Assembly (NCBI GenBank): GCA_951406725.2
Contig: OX597818.1
Coordinates: forward strand, 131,068,001 to 131,132,000
Reading direction: 5' to 3'
Source: Octopus vulgaris
Lineage: Eukaryota
DNA length: 64,000 bases
Below, piece by piece: positions 29,075-42,599 of the stretch. The notes below the pieces were generated by a model, which was not told where the DNA came from, searched no databases, and was given only the letters and a program-made list of their open reading frames with translations. Position 1 is the stretch's first letter. Every line of letters starts with the position of its first letter. The translations under genes were made by a program, and so were the position numbers.

Positions 29075-29416
29075 CCTTAAATCCTTAAAAATGTTTTAGC
29101 CCGAAGGCTGCGACCATGCTGGGGCACCACCGCTGAATGAGCTACACTAATTTGTGAATCCACCTCTGATATGTGGCACTTGATCAACAAGGGAGTTCGA
29201 TGCTGCTGCCCGCATCTGCATCTCCTGTCATGAGGTAGGTTCATCTTGGACTCCCGACAAGAAGAGATCCAGTTTAGTTTTAAAGAAACCCACATCCACA
29301 CCATGTAAGTCTCTCAGGCATTTAGGGAGGATGTTAAAGAGCTGTGGTCCTCTGAAACCCAAGCTGTTGCAGTATCTGGACCTGTATTTTGATGGTGATG
29401 TTGGAATCTTTGGCAT
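29075..29416 (-). mobile_element. 3' end of a CR1/L2-group LINE
   Basis: NSLGFRGPQLFNILPKCLRDLHGVDVGFFKTKLDLFLSGVQDEP..RAAASNSL C-terminus; tail GGTGCCCCAGCATGGTCGCAGCCTTCGGGCTAAAAC + (TTTAAGGA)-like repeat. Confidence 0.8.
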
Positions 29417-29849
29417 CTACACATATGTAAAAACTCAATGCATGTTGCCTAAAAGTAATATCTGAGTAGATGGATACACCTGTTAGCTGAGCGATCAATC
29501 AAATCCCTTTAGCAAGAAGCTGCAATCTTCAGCCTCCCTTGTTCAATACTACTCTACCTGTTTCAATTCAATGTACCATTTTGTTATTGGCAGGCAAATG
29601 TTAACAAGACATCCTAGACTGCTTTCCTTTGCTGCTCATTCCTGTAGGAAATTACCTCCTGTTTTATGTGTTCTCACTTAACAAGAGGTTAATTAGGAAC
29701 AAATTAAGTCAAGAATTACCTATATACATCAGATTTTTATAAAATAACCATAGTAGTTGCAGGCTTATGAATCATATGCATGATAGTGAGATGTGACAGA
29801 TCAATAGAAGCCAGAGAGAAATGAAGTTGAACATAATATATAATATAAG

Positions 29850-30084
29850 GATTATGGCAGCATTGACCAACTTAAACAAAGAGACCATCCAGAAGAGTTG
29901 CAGGAAATTCCGAAGTCTTCTGGAGGCCATAGTTGAAGCCAATTGCGATTTTATTGAATAAACTTACTCTTTAGTATATCAAGATATTTTTATGTAATTT
30001 CAGTAAATATACCTGTTAAAATGAGATGTAAGTGTTATTTTCATTTTTACGTAATTTAGTCAACAATGTGTTCACCGCACCCTG
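29850..30084 (+). mobile_element. 3' fragment of a Tc1/mariner-superfamily (maT-like) transposon
   Basis: IMAALTNLNKETIQKSCRKFRSLLEAIVEANCDFIE* followed by a CACCCTG|TA end. Confidence 0.7.
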
Positions 30085-30676
30085 TATATTCATATATATA
30101 CATATGTATGTATACTTATATACCTATGTATATCTATATACATATATACATTATATACATAGCAGAAATAAGGTGAGAGTTCAGACAAGCATTGAAAGTA
30201 ACAATCAGTGTATACAGGAGACATGACTACCTTGGTATGGAGGAGACATATAATGGAGAATGAACAATATGAGCGAGGAGAGAAAAAAAGGTGATATCAA
30301 CTGTCAGTAGAGGCTTCTTATCTGGAGAGACATGGTGAGGTTTAGACTCAGGATTCTGGGTCTTGCAAATGAGATGATGTAAAGTAATATGCTAGTATGG
30401 AAAAATGAATGTTGAAACAATGATGATGATAAGGGGGAGGAAGAAGAGGTGAAGAAAGACAAGAGGGATATTGGTCGGTGTCATTCTCCTCCTCATCATA
30501 ATTATTAAGGTTCTGCTTCATTCCTGGAGCCTTAAACTATTAACGAGTTTAAATAGTTTAGAAGTGAAATTAATTAGTTTGCTATGAGGAAGAGGAAAGA
30601 TTTCATGTTTTGAAGAGGACTTTCCCCCATGAATCACATTGGTAAAATTACAAGACATAAGACAAAAATACCTTAA

Positions 30677-30897
30677 CCCTTTCGTTACCAACCCGGCTAA
30701 AACCGGCTCTGGCTCTGAGTACAAATGTCTTGTTTTCATAAGTTTTGAATTAAAATCTTCCACCAAAGCTTAGTCACAATTTATGTTTCTAACAATAGCT
30801 GAATGATTACTAAGTTATTTTACTAAATTCTTTGTTATATTTAAAATTAATTGAAAGAAACACAGAGCATCTCAAAATAAATACGGTAATGAAAGGG
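30677..30897. mobile_element. piggyBac-type MITE
   Basis: TTAA TSD (30673-76, 30898-901); TIR CCCTTTCGTTACC/GGTAATGAAAGGG. Confidence 0.88.
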
Positions 30898-30946
30898 TTA
30901 ATGATTAAGGTAGCAAACTGCGTGGGTTGTTGGAGCATTGGATAGA

Positions 30947-31326
30947 GTAGTAGGAGCACTCCATCGGTTACGACGAGGGTCCCAGCTGATACGATCAACG
31001 GAACAGCTTGCTCGTGGAATTAACGTGCAAGTGGCTGAGCACTCCACAGACACGTGTACCCTTAACATAGTTCTCGAGGAGATTCAGCGTGATACAGAGT
31101 GTGACAAGGCTGGCCCTTTGAAATACAGGTACAACAGAAACAGGAAGAAAGAGTGAGAGAAAGTTGTGGTGAAAGAGTACAGCAGGGTTCACCACCACCC
31201 CCTGCAGGAGCCTCGTGAAGCTTTAGGTGTTTTCGCTCAATAAACATTCACAATGCCCAGTCTGGGAATCGAAACCGCGATCCTACGACTGCGAGTCCGC
31301 TGCCCTAACCACTGGGCCATTGCGCC
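30947..31326 (-). mobile_element. tRNA-derived SINE family D, tail type 1
   Basis: Minus head GGCGCAATGGCCCAGTGGTTAGGGCAGCGGACTCG..GGTTTCGATTCCC; TSD (C)ATTGGATAGA. Confidence 0.9.
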
Positions 31327-32259
31327 ATTGGATAGAAATCGTTACAGTATTCGTTCCTGTTCTCTGTGCAGCTGAAAGAAGAATCAGCTCCAGTATATGA
31401 TTGGCACTTTATATTTATCAACCCACGAAAGATGGAAAAACAAAGTTGCTCATGGTAGGATTTGAACTCAGAGCACAGAGAACAGGAACAAATGCTGTAA
31501 CCATTTCTATCCAATGCTCCAACAACTCTCGCAATTTGCTACCTTAATCATTAAGGTATTTTTGTCTCATGTCTTGCAATTTTACCAATGTGATGCATGG
31601 GGGAAAGTCCTCTTCAAAACATGAAATCTTTCCTCTTCCTCATAGCAAACTAATTAATTTCACTTCTAAACTATTTAAACTTGTTAATAACTGACACAAA
31701 CTAATTACAACTATTTCCTTGTATCCCACTGTTTACACTACAATCTTTAATTTATAAAGTGAACAGGTGACCAATTAAGAACTCAGCGAAAGTATTATAA
31801 CATGGCAAATTTATTTCTATATAATTTGCCATTTAGGTCTCTAAATAAGGAAATAACAGAAATCAATATATTTATTTCTAAATTTCTAAATTCTATTGAT
31901 TTGATGACTCAAGAAACCCAACAAAATATTATATTACTGGTACTTATTTCATGATCTTCAAACTATTTACCTTAGCTAAATTACCTGGTTTGATACATAA
32001 GACTCCAATGTAGTCACTCACCATACTTAAAAAAGACAGATAAATCTGCCTCACATTATTTTCCATCTGAGAAAGTCAAGGATGTATTAAATAACATAGC
32101 TCTTGATATAAAATATCCAAATAAAAGATAAGGACTCTCACAACTTTGAAGGCTTCAGATCATAAGTGACCCATTCAATCAGAGTTGAACTGGGACTAAA
32201 AAATTACAACACAAGTAATTTCTCCAACAGAAAATCAAATGACATCCAAAGTGGTGGTG

Positions 32260-32269
32260 TTGTTGTTGG

Positions 32270-32301
<32 letters not shown>

Positions 32302-32667
32302 AGCGAACGGTCTTTGTCCCAGAGCTCGCAAGATGGGAGAAGTCCGAAACGTGGTCCTTTGCTATTCATAAGACCCGCAGAAGAGAAAGCAAGTCAACCC
32401 CCGACACCGAGAGCATCGACGGATGGATGAATGTGCATCCAGGCTCAGCCGTTGCGTAGGAAGTCGGGGACAAGAAACAGGAAGAAAGAGTGAGAGAAAT
32501 TTGGGGTGAAAGAGTACAACAGGAGTCGCCACCACCCCCTGCTGGAGCCTCGTAGAGCTTTAGGCGTTTTTGCTTAATAAGCACACACAACGCCCGGTCT
32601 AAGAATCGAAACTGCGATCCTCCGACCGTGAGTCCGCTGCCCTAACCACTGGGCCATTGTGCCTCCA
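32260..32667 (-). mobile_element. SINE family D, tail type 2 ending in (CAA/CAG)n
   Basis: First 190 bp or so match 31136-31326; the 3' part is unrelated. Confidence 0.85.
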
Positions 32668-32846
32668 CTGTTGTTGGTGTTGGCAGTTGTGGTGTTGCTG
32701 GGGATGAATCAGCCAAATTGTTAGAATATTGGACTGCTTTGTAACATTTTTCTCAGCTCTTTATGTTCTGAGTTCAAAATTCACTGCAGATAACTTTTGT
32801 CTCTCTGGAGTTGATAAAATGAAGTAGTAGTCAAGCTCTAATTTAG

Positions 32847-33080
32847 GGCGGCGAGCTGGCAGAAACGTTAGCACGCCGGGCGAAATGCTTAGCAGTATTT
32901 CGTCTGCCGCTACGTTCTGAGTTCAAATTCCGCCGTGGTCGACTTTGCCTTTCATCCTTTCGGGGGTCGATAAATTAAGTACCAGTTACGCACTGTGGTC
33001 GATATAATCGAATTAATCCGTTTGTCTGTCCTTGTTTGTCCTCTCTGTGTTTAGCCCCTTGTGGGTAGTAAAGAAATAAG
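32847..33080 (+). mobile_element. SINE family B inserted into an older family B-like copy
   Basis: Intact family B sequence; TSD-like GTARTCAAGCTCTAA. Confidence 0.88.
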
Positions 33081-33542
33081 TAATCAAGCTCTAAGGCTGG
33101 TGTTATCAATTCACTCACCTCTTTGAAACTTCATGCTTTTTATCCATATTAGAAACAATTATTATTATTATCATTGTTGTTATAATCATTATCAATCACC
33201 AGTCTTTTTATTGTGACACCATCATTAGGTGGATTGCTAACCAAGGCCCAAAGAGTCCAAACCTAGTCTCATACACACTTTTTTAGGTTCCAGCTTCATT
33301 TGTATCATTGTGTAATACCTTTGTATTTGACATTTTCACTCATGGGAATTCTTGCTGATGAGATGACACAACCATCAGTCTTTTTATTGAGACACCATCT
33401 CTAGAAGGGTTGCCAACCAAGGCTAAAAGGACAGCCAAATGCCAACCTGGTATTTCGAGATCTTGGGGTGGGCTTACAGGTACTGGTACCACGCCTTGAC
33501 AACGGTGACCTGAAGACAGCTATCATTATCCTCCTCCTCCTC

Positions 33543-33578
<36 letters not shown>

Positions 33579-33637
33579 AGTGAGAGGCTTATAAATTCCA
33601 CCCCCCACTTTTTTTTTTTTTTTTTTGCTTCTTTAAA

Positions 33638-33934
33638 GCACCATCCGATCGTGGCCGTTGCCAGCCTCGACTGGCCTCCGTGCCGGTGGCACGTAAAAAG
33701 CGCCATCCAATTGTGGCCGTTGCCAGCCTCGCCTGGCACCTGTGCCGGTGGCATGTAAAAAGCAACCACTACACTCACGGAGTGGTTGGCGTTAGGAAGG
33801 GCATCCAGCTGTAGAAACACTGCCAGATCAGACTGGAGTCTGGGGCAGCCTCCTGGCTTCCCAGACCCCGGTTGAACCGTCCAACCCATGCTAGCAAAGA
33901 AAACGGACGTTAAACGATGATGATGATGATGATG

Positions 33935-33935
<1 letters not shown>
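33638..33935 (+). mobile_element. Family C copy with (GAT)n/(ATT)n tail
   Basis: GTGCCGGTGGCAC units, GGTTGGCGTTAGGAAGGGCATCCAGC, CCGTCCAACCCATGCTAGC. Confidence 0.88.
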
Positions 33936-33989
<54 letters not shown>

Positions 33990-34542
33990 CTTAAAAAGCA
34001 AATTGAAAAATCTATTGTATTATTACACAGGTTTGTAATTCCAGGAATTTGATATTGAATTTATGGTTCCCATGTTCATTATTTTATTAAACCTAGTAAA
34101 AATAGATGCTAAACCTATTAACCATAAATCCAGCACTCCTTGCACACAAACAAACATATTTTTCCTTGTGACTGCAACCAATTGGACAACGGCTGTCTTT
34201 CTCACGATTTTCTTCCAATAAAGTTAGAATCTTAACATTAGGAATTAATGTAATTTTTGGTAAAAATACAAATAATTTCCCTTTAGTATCTTTGTGAAAT
34301 TTAATAACGGAAAAATTATGAAATTATCATTATTTTTTATTTCTTTAATTACGATTCTGGGCGTGATTTTTTTCTGTTTTTTTTTCTTAAAGTTGTATGT
34401 GTATCTGTGTGTTGTGTGTGAAAGGAGGTATTCATCTTGTGTAGCCTTGCTTTAATTTCATTTTTTTTTTCTGGTCAGGAGAAACAGGGGAATGAAAAGT
34501 GATGAAGGATGAAAGAAAGGATGAGAGACAGATAAAAATGTA

Positions 34543-34583
<41 letters not shown>

Positions 34584-34920
34584 TATGGAGTGAGAGAAAG
34601 AAGGGAGAGATTTTCATCACTTTTTAACGTCAAGTTTCACAGATTGATATTTCACTCTCAATGAAGAACCACAGTAACCTCTTCAAGGAAATTATGAATG
34701 CAAAATGCATTTTCTAAATAAAATTTAAATGATATTGACAAAAATTAAAATTCTAGGATTAATTTAAAATAATAAGAAGAATAATACTAATAACCATCAT
34801 CATCATCATCATCATCATTATTATTATTATATATGAATAGCAGATCTCTTTGCAATGAAAATGGGTGTCAAAATGATAGTGGTTGTAGGAGATGACAGCA
34901 CCGAGAATGATGGAGATGAT

Positions 34921-34951
<31 letters not shown>

Positions 34952-35529
34952 ATGATGACAACAATGATGACAATAGCGATGACAAAAAAAATTATTGCTG
35001 TGTGATTATTTATTTAGATATTTTCCTCATCATTTCACTAATTATTTTCTGAAATGATTTTAATTTTTAATTTTTTTTTTTGCTGATATTTAAAAATAAG
35101 TTTTTAAAATATATTTTTTTTTCTTCCAAAATGTGTGTAGGGTATCTGTATGTGTTTGTATGTGGTTGAGGACTCACAGCAACCAAGGTGTTGAGAAGGA
35201 AATTGTCTGTATTTTATTGAAAGATCAACACAAGATTATGGAAATTTTAACACAAAGTTCCCTTGTACTTTACTTCATTCATTCATAGTTGTAGAATTGT
35301 CCGGATTTGTTGTTACATAGTTGAAATAGTTCTTTCTGTAATCTCTTAAAAATCACTAAACAATATTTTTTTCTAAAATTAACCGGTGATTTGCATGACA
35401 AGACGCATCACTGAAATTAAATAATTTACAATATTTAGCTCCATACCTGTGCATTCTGAGTTCAAATTGCACTTCATGCTCATTCGTCTAGGATTAATTG
35501 AAAATGCCAATAACAACAACAATAACAAT

Positions 35530-36003
35530 CCTTTCTATTATAGGGACGAGGCCTGAAATTTGCAAGTAGGGGGTAAGTTGATTACATAGACCCCAGTGCA
35601 TAACTGGTACCTATTTAACTGACCCTGAAAGGATAAAAAGCAAAGTTGACCTCAGTGGAATTTGAACACTGAATGTAAAGACAGAAATGCCACTGAGCAT
35701 TTTGCGCTGCTCACACTAACAATTGTGCCAGCTCACCACCATAATAATAATAATAATGATGATAATAAAGATATTATTATTAATGTTTAAGGTAACAAGA
35801 TGGCAGAATTGTTAGCACGCTGGGTGAAAAGCTTAGCGGTATTTCTCCCATTGCTACATTCTGAGTTCAAACTCCACCGAGGCTGACTTTACCTTTCATC
35901 CTTTTGGGGTTGATAAATTAAGTACCAGTAAAAGACCAGTGTCAATGTAATTGACTCACACTTGCCTCCAAAACTGCTACCCTTGTGGCAAAATTTGAAG
36001 CCA

Positions 36004-36079
<76 letters not shown>

Positions 36080-36300
36080 TGTTTCAGGTGGTGAACTGGC
36101 AGAACTATTAGCATACCAGGCAAAATGCTTAGTGGCATTCCATATGTCTCCATGTTCTGAGTTCAAATTCCGCTGAGATCAACTTTGCCTTTCATCCTTT
36201 TGAGGTCAATGAAATAGGTACCAGTGGAACACCGGAGTTGGTAAAATCGACAATCCCCCTACCCCAAATTTCAGGCTTTGTGCTTGTAGTAGAAATTATT
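35530..36300. mobile_element. Cluster of diverged SINE B copies (minus 35530-35740; plus 35790-36000 and 36087-36300)
   Basis: Family B central domain in both orientations, separated by (AAT)n/(ATT)n. Confidence 0.8.
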
Positions 36301-36384
36301 ATTATTATTTTTGTTATTATTATCCTTTCAACTATAGGTACAAGGCATGACATTTTGGAGGCAGATCCTATTTTCTGTCTAAAT

Positions 36385-36949
36385 CAGTGGTTTACAGCAG
36401 AGGTCCACATGGCCCCTCAGGGTCCATATTAGAGTTTGAGGGTCCATGCAACAAGATAATAAATTGGGGATCCACAATAGTATTTTAAGGGCTCCTAAAA
36501 AAAAGTTTGCTTTAGATGTATGTATTGCAAGAAACAGAGAGGTTTCTTTCTCTAACATTTTACATTGTTCAACCTATGCAAGTTAATGTGTGAAAAACAA
36601 AATAGGAATTTTGAATGAAGTTTGTATAAAACTGGATTTTATACAGTAAATGGTTAAGGGTATCCACCAGAATAAAATAGTACTTAACCCTTTAGTGTTC
36701 GCATTATTCTGCCAAAATTAATCCTTTTTTATCCTCATTGTTTTGAACTAATTATGCATTATCTTGTAGTTTTGAGATTTTGACGAGGTAGCTGTTAAGT
36801 TTTTTAAAGATATTGTAGGGTTGGTGTGAGAGACCAGATCTGGCCAGTTTGAACATAAAAAAGGCAGAATACTTTTGGCCGGATATGGCCGGTTTAAATG
36901 CTAAAGGGTTAAAGGGATCCATAGGTCAAAAATTGTTTGAAAACCCCTG
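36385..36949. mobile_element. hAT-type MITE
   Basis: Ends CAGTGGTTT / AAACCCCTG; 8-bp TSD GTCTAAAT/GTCTAAAG. Confidence 0.75.
36688..36908. mobile_element. piggyBac-type MITE nested in the hAT MITE
   Basis: TTAA-CCCTTTAG ... CTAAAGGG-TTAA. Confidence 0.85.
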
Positions 36950-37143
36950 GTCTAAAGCACAACATTTCTTTTAGAATTGGTGATGAAGTTGACTTGGCTC
37001 ATATTCTTAAACAATTTATAAGATTTGACTCTCTTGCAACTGTTATTATGGGATTAGCATTCAGGAACTTCAATGGGGTGTTGATTATGATTAGAGATAC
37101 TAGTTAATGTCTCATGTATTTCTTACATCTAAATGACAGCAAT

Positions 37144-37317
37144 ATCATCATCATCATCATCATCATTTTGTGTCCGTTTTCCATGCTAGCATGGGTTGGA
37201 TGGTTCAACTGGGGTCTGTGAAGTCGGAAGGCTTTATCAGGCTCAGTCAGATCTGGCAGTGTTTCTACGGCTGGATGCCCTTCCTAACGCCAACCACTCC
37301 GTGAGTGTAGTGGGTGA
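37144..37317 (-). mobile_element. Family C 3' fragment
   Basis: (CAT)n + CCATGCTAGCATGGGTTGG...GGATGCCCTTCCTAACGCCAACC. Confidence 0.85.
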
Positions 37318-37979
37318 TAAAATATTTCTCTGAAACAAGGATAATTTTCTAAAATATATTGATAACTGTCATGCAATACTTTTGAAATAACACTGAAATT
37401 TTGATAACTAAAGGAATTCAGTTTAAATTTTTACTTTGACTGTTATAATTAGATATGAAAGTTTGATGTTCATTCATTTTAGGTGTGTCATTTGTGATTT
37501 CCTTCAATCATGATTCACATTAACTGCATCTGATGCAATGATACACAGAATCATTTGCATATTCCAATAATCTTCTATGTCTGTACAAATCTGTTTTATT
37601 CCCAAAAATCGAGACTTTGGATTTGACTTAATTGATGAACAAAATGATGATGAAGACAAATGTGGAATGGTATGGGTTTGCAAAATAGTTGTCACTAAGT
37701 AGCTTTCTATAAACCTAAATTTCATGTGCAAAAAACATTTATGCTAGGTTTTGAAAGACAAGACAAGAATTTTATGCTGGATGTAAAGCTAGAGATGTGT
37801 GTGAATCGGTCACAGAAATACAAAAATTCAACAAGGTGGTCCTATATTCTTTCCTATAGAAAAAGATGTCATCAGAGAATTGTAACTAGAGTATTGATTT
37901 CTGTAGTATTTTAATGACAAGATGACATTAACCAAATTAACTATTATGGATAGTTAACCAAATTAACTATCATTGACAC

Positions 37980-38210
37980 ATCCTTTTATCTGATGGTAAA
38001 ATTTTTGCTTAAATTCCACAGTGTTGCTTTGTAGCAAACTTCAATAATCTATTGGAGAATTTGAGATAAGTCTTGCTCAACCATTTTTCAAAGGCATCCC
38101 TGCGTGTTTTCATCCTTTCATCACTGTCAATGTCTGTGTAAAGTGAAGAAACATCAGTGGATATCAAAATGCAGTTTCCAAAACTATTTTGGCACTTAGG
38201 AAAATTGTTA
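37980..38210 (-). pseudogene. Penelope-like reverse transcriptase fragment
   Basis: NCILISTDVSSLYTDIDS matches the DVxSLYTNI motif of Penelope-like RTs. Confidence 0.55.
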
Positions 38211-38434
38211 ATTTCGGAAACAAAATTCAAAAGTATGCCCATCAACATCGATAACAAAAAAATTAAGTAGAGAGCAAAATAAGAAACTATAAATATATTT
38301 ATTAAAGTTTAATTTCTGTGTATAATGATCTGTTAAGAGTTTTACTAATGATTTACTTTGGTCTCTTAAAATATATTTCTTCTGACAAGGAAGAAAGAAC
38401 AAAAAACAAAACAGAATATTTTATCAAGAATGAA

Positions 38435-38469
<35 letters not shown>

Positions 38470-40927
38470 ACCAGAAGAAAGATAAATCTTGTACTACATA
38501 TAAATATAATAATTACTTTAATAGGTAGCTGTCTTTAGAAGCGAAGATATTTAATAGCCAGTTGAACCAGGAAATTATAAATTTTTTTTCCAAGAAATAT
38601 GTGTCAATCTGAAGCAAAAAAAAAAAAAAAAGAAACGGCAAAAAAAGAAAAACAACTACAAAAGTTTAAAGGTAATCTGTGATATCTAAATTATTATCAA
38701 TTAATAAAGAAATAGGTGAATAAATAAGTGAAACAAAGAGGGAATGATTAAATAAATATATGATCAATAAATAACTAAAGTATAAAATTGGTAAGAAGTT
38801 CTCCTATTTCTCACTGAAAATTAAACCTATTTCAATAAGATGTTTTAGTTTGCTTATTTTTCATTTTTTTCTTTCCTCAAGTTTTCCCAGTAGCATATTA
38901 ATGAAAATGGATATATCAACATCATTTTAGAAAAGACAGAAACACACACATACTTACACTCATACACACATAAACACACACAATCACACACACGATAACA
39001 CACTCGATCACACACGCATTATTCTATCTTTGTTGAATTTGGCTCAGTCAAAGACAACTGTTTTTCACATTTAGCACTCAATACATGATACAAATGTAGA
39101 AGTTTATATTCTTTTAAGTCTTAAATAAAAGAGCAGAAGCATATACACATGCACACATACATGTATTGGAATATGTGACAGTATGTATGTATGTATGTAT
39201 GTATGTATGTATGTATGTATGTATGTATGTATGGCCCAGCAAATAATGAAAACAACAATGTATGATCTGTCCAACCCATTTCAAATATGAGCTCTCAAAA
39301 ACAGTCAACACTGTCACTGATGATGACAAAAACAATGACGGCGATGGCGATGATAAAAATGATGATGATGATGATGGTAGTTACAGCAATGGTGATAGTA
39401 GTGATGGTGATGGGAATCATGAAGCCAGTGGTAAAGGTAACAGCAATTGTGTATGCAATAATGCAATCCCTTAATGGTATCAACTTTGGTTAAGCAGACC
39501 CTTATTTCCATCACTTCATTTCACTTGGTGGCTCTTTTTGCCATCACCTTATTTCATCTCTGTTTTTTGATGATCCAAAGGTACAAGCTGAAATATTTGC
39601 AAATGCAAGATTACAGAAGAAAAGGAACACAGAACAAAAGAAAATCCTATTGCATTCTACATGAAGGAACTGCAAGACCTATCACATTATAAGACATCAG
39701 ACGAGGCACAAATCAATGGCAAATAAAACCAGAAACTCTCTGGTCTTCATTGCAAGACATTAGACATTACTGCTACTTGGAAAGTTACATCTTTACAACT
39801 GAGTAGGATTTAGAATTCCAGCAATAACTAACATAATGTAGAATGTGATGGTTACTAAGGTTTTCCTCATCTTTCTTGGGGGGTTTTGTGCTTAAAGGAT
39901 CTGGAGAAATAAGCAGTGTCCAAGGCCATCACCAGCACTTTGAGCTCTTACTTTCTAACTTCTTGACTTTTCTATTGCTTCTATGTAGGCCTCTGTGCTT
40001 TAAATCTGGCGAAACTCATACAATCTACACTCAGATACTTCCAAGTAACTCAGTGCTACTCATCTCTATGGTGACAGCGATGCCATTAATGTCCCACTTA
40101 ATGTGTTGTGTGTTAATACCAGCAAGAAAGACATTGACATGGAGGGAATTCCAGAGAGTCAGGGAGGAAAGATATGGGTATAAAAGTGGTCAAGGCAAAG
40201 CTTGGGAGTTGTTAGGGTGATGAGAGAAAAAAGAATTGAGTGATGAAAGAGAGAGAAAGTGAGAAAAAGAGAGACAGACAAATGCAAAGAGAGAAAGTAA
40301 GAAATAGAGACAGACAGACAGACAGTTACAGAGAGAGAAAGACAGACAGAGGGGGAGATGAGTTAGGACTGTCTCTGAGTGGAGGGCCAGCATTGAAGGA
40401 CAGAGACCATGGAAGCTGCAGTGTTAGAAGCAAGAAACTAAATTGTTATAGAGATGGGGGGAAAAAAAGCAGTAAGAGGAGATACTGATGCAGAGCTGTT
40501 ACTGACAATGACGATGATGATGATGATGAAAATGACAATGATGATGATGATGATACTGAAGATTATGATAGTAATTGGTTGTGAGATATCATACAAATTC
40601 ACTGTAAAGTAAGACAGTTTTCCCATACATCTGTAACCATAGTAGCCAAAGTCACGCATTTATAACATACACACATATACAGATATATATACATAAATGC
40701 ATGAATATATTCACACACATGCATACTTACAAACATACATATATATATATTCATATATCCATACACACATTCATAAATATATGAATATATTCACACACAT
40801 GCAATCTTGCAAACATACATATATTAATACATATATACATATACACATAAATACATGAATATATTCACACGCATCCATACTTATAAACATACATATAGCC
40901 ATACACACATACACATCTATCTATCTA

Positions 40928-40997
<70 letters not shown>

Positions 40998-41295
40998 CAA
41001 TATATTTATACAGATGTATGTACATGCTAATGTGTGTATGTTCATGTGCTTGTCTATATATACAATCTCACCACCACCACCAAGCAAATGTAAGTCAAAC
41101 TCCCACAGAGACAGCTGTTTACATCCTACTTTGATACCAATCACTCTACCGGAAAGAGACGATCAGCAGATCAGAGTCATAAATATTTATTTATCGGCCG
41201 GGCATTCGATATCAAATCCTGACCTATAGTTATGACAGATGTAGATGAAGGTATCACACATACACACACACACATCCATGTCATGTGCACATATA

Positions 41296-41338
<43 letters not shown>

Positions 41339-41647
41339 TTATATTATTACTTATATTTGTATTTATATCAATAATTTATCTATCTATATGTATATCTATA
41401 CATACATACATACATATATATATACACACACACATGTACATATATTTTCGCCGATGCATCAGTATAACAGAGAATGTATGTGTATATCTTAATGTATATC
41501 TACATATACGTGATCTATTAAATGCATATGTATTTATCTATATGTTATCTATCACAGACAAATGTAAATACTTACATATCGCATATCACACACACACACA
41601 TAATACATAAGTATTATCTTAATATGATCTGAACATAGATATTGCAC

Positions 41648-41701
<54 letters not shown>

Positions 41702-41803
41702 CATACACATATACATACATATATATACATATACATAAATATATATATATGTACACACACATATATATAAATATATAGGTGCATGTGTACATGTACATAT
41801 ATT

Positions 41804-41838
<35 letters not shown>

Positions 41839-42375
41839 TTTTAATATGTCTCATCTTTCTAAATGGACAGAGACACGAGAGCAAATTCCTATTTACTCGC
41901 TACTGCTATTGATTGTACAGGCCATAATAATGATGATGGTGGTGCTGGCAATGGTGGTGTTGGTGTTAGTGGTGGTGGTTGTGGTGGTGGGTGGCTGGCA
42001 GTGTAGGGATGATGACGATGAGGACGACGACGTTGATGGTGCATGTATGTGTTATAAGGTTGGATAAAGATAAAAATGGAAATGAAACAGCTGACCAATG
42101 CTAGTTGCTATGTAATTCTTAGATCAAAGCAACAATCTTCACTGATTGCTTTACATACATACAAGTGCATGCCTGAGTGTGCACTCGCACAGTGTAACAC
42201 ACACATAGATATATATATGTATGCATTATGCATGTGTATATATATATATACACACACATATATGTATATATATCCATAATGGCAGAGCCCCAGCATGGTT
42301 TAAGCCCATAGACTAGAACTTAGTAGAAGAGTAAAAGCATAAATGCATAAAATATATTCACCATATATGTATGTA

Positions 42376-42413
<38 letters not shown>

Positions 42414-42425
42414 ATATACATATAT

Positions 42426-42470
<45 letters not shown>

Positions 42471-42549
42471 CAAACACAAATATGTATTTATATACATATA
42501 TAAACGTATATATATATATATATATACGTATATATTAATCATAATATAT

Positions 42550-42599
<50 letters not shown>

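Larger units (their letters stand above)
30538..31689. repeat. Inverted duplication of about 220 bp (103-bp spacer); left arm interrupted by two insertions
   Basis: 30538-30676 + 30902-30946 + 31337-31369 is the reverse complement of 31473-31689 with scattered mismatches. Confidence 0.9.

Noticed and set aside
31255-31326. tRNA-like sequence
   Set aside because: Head of a SINE with body, tail and TSD; no proper acceptor stem
39474-40220. Complex unique sequence with short ORFs, possible exon
   Set aside because: No recognisable protein motif in any frame and no supportable splice pair
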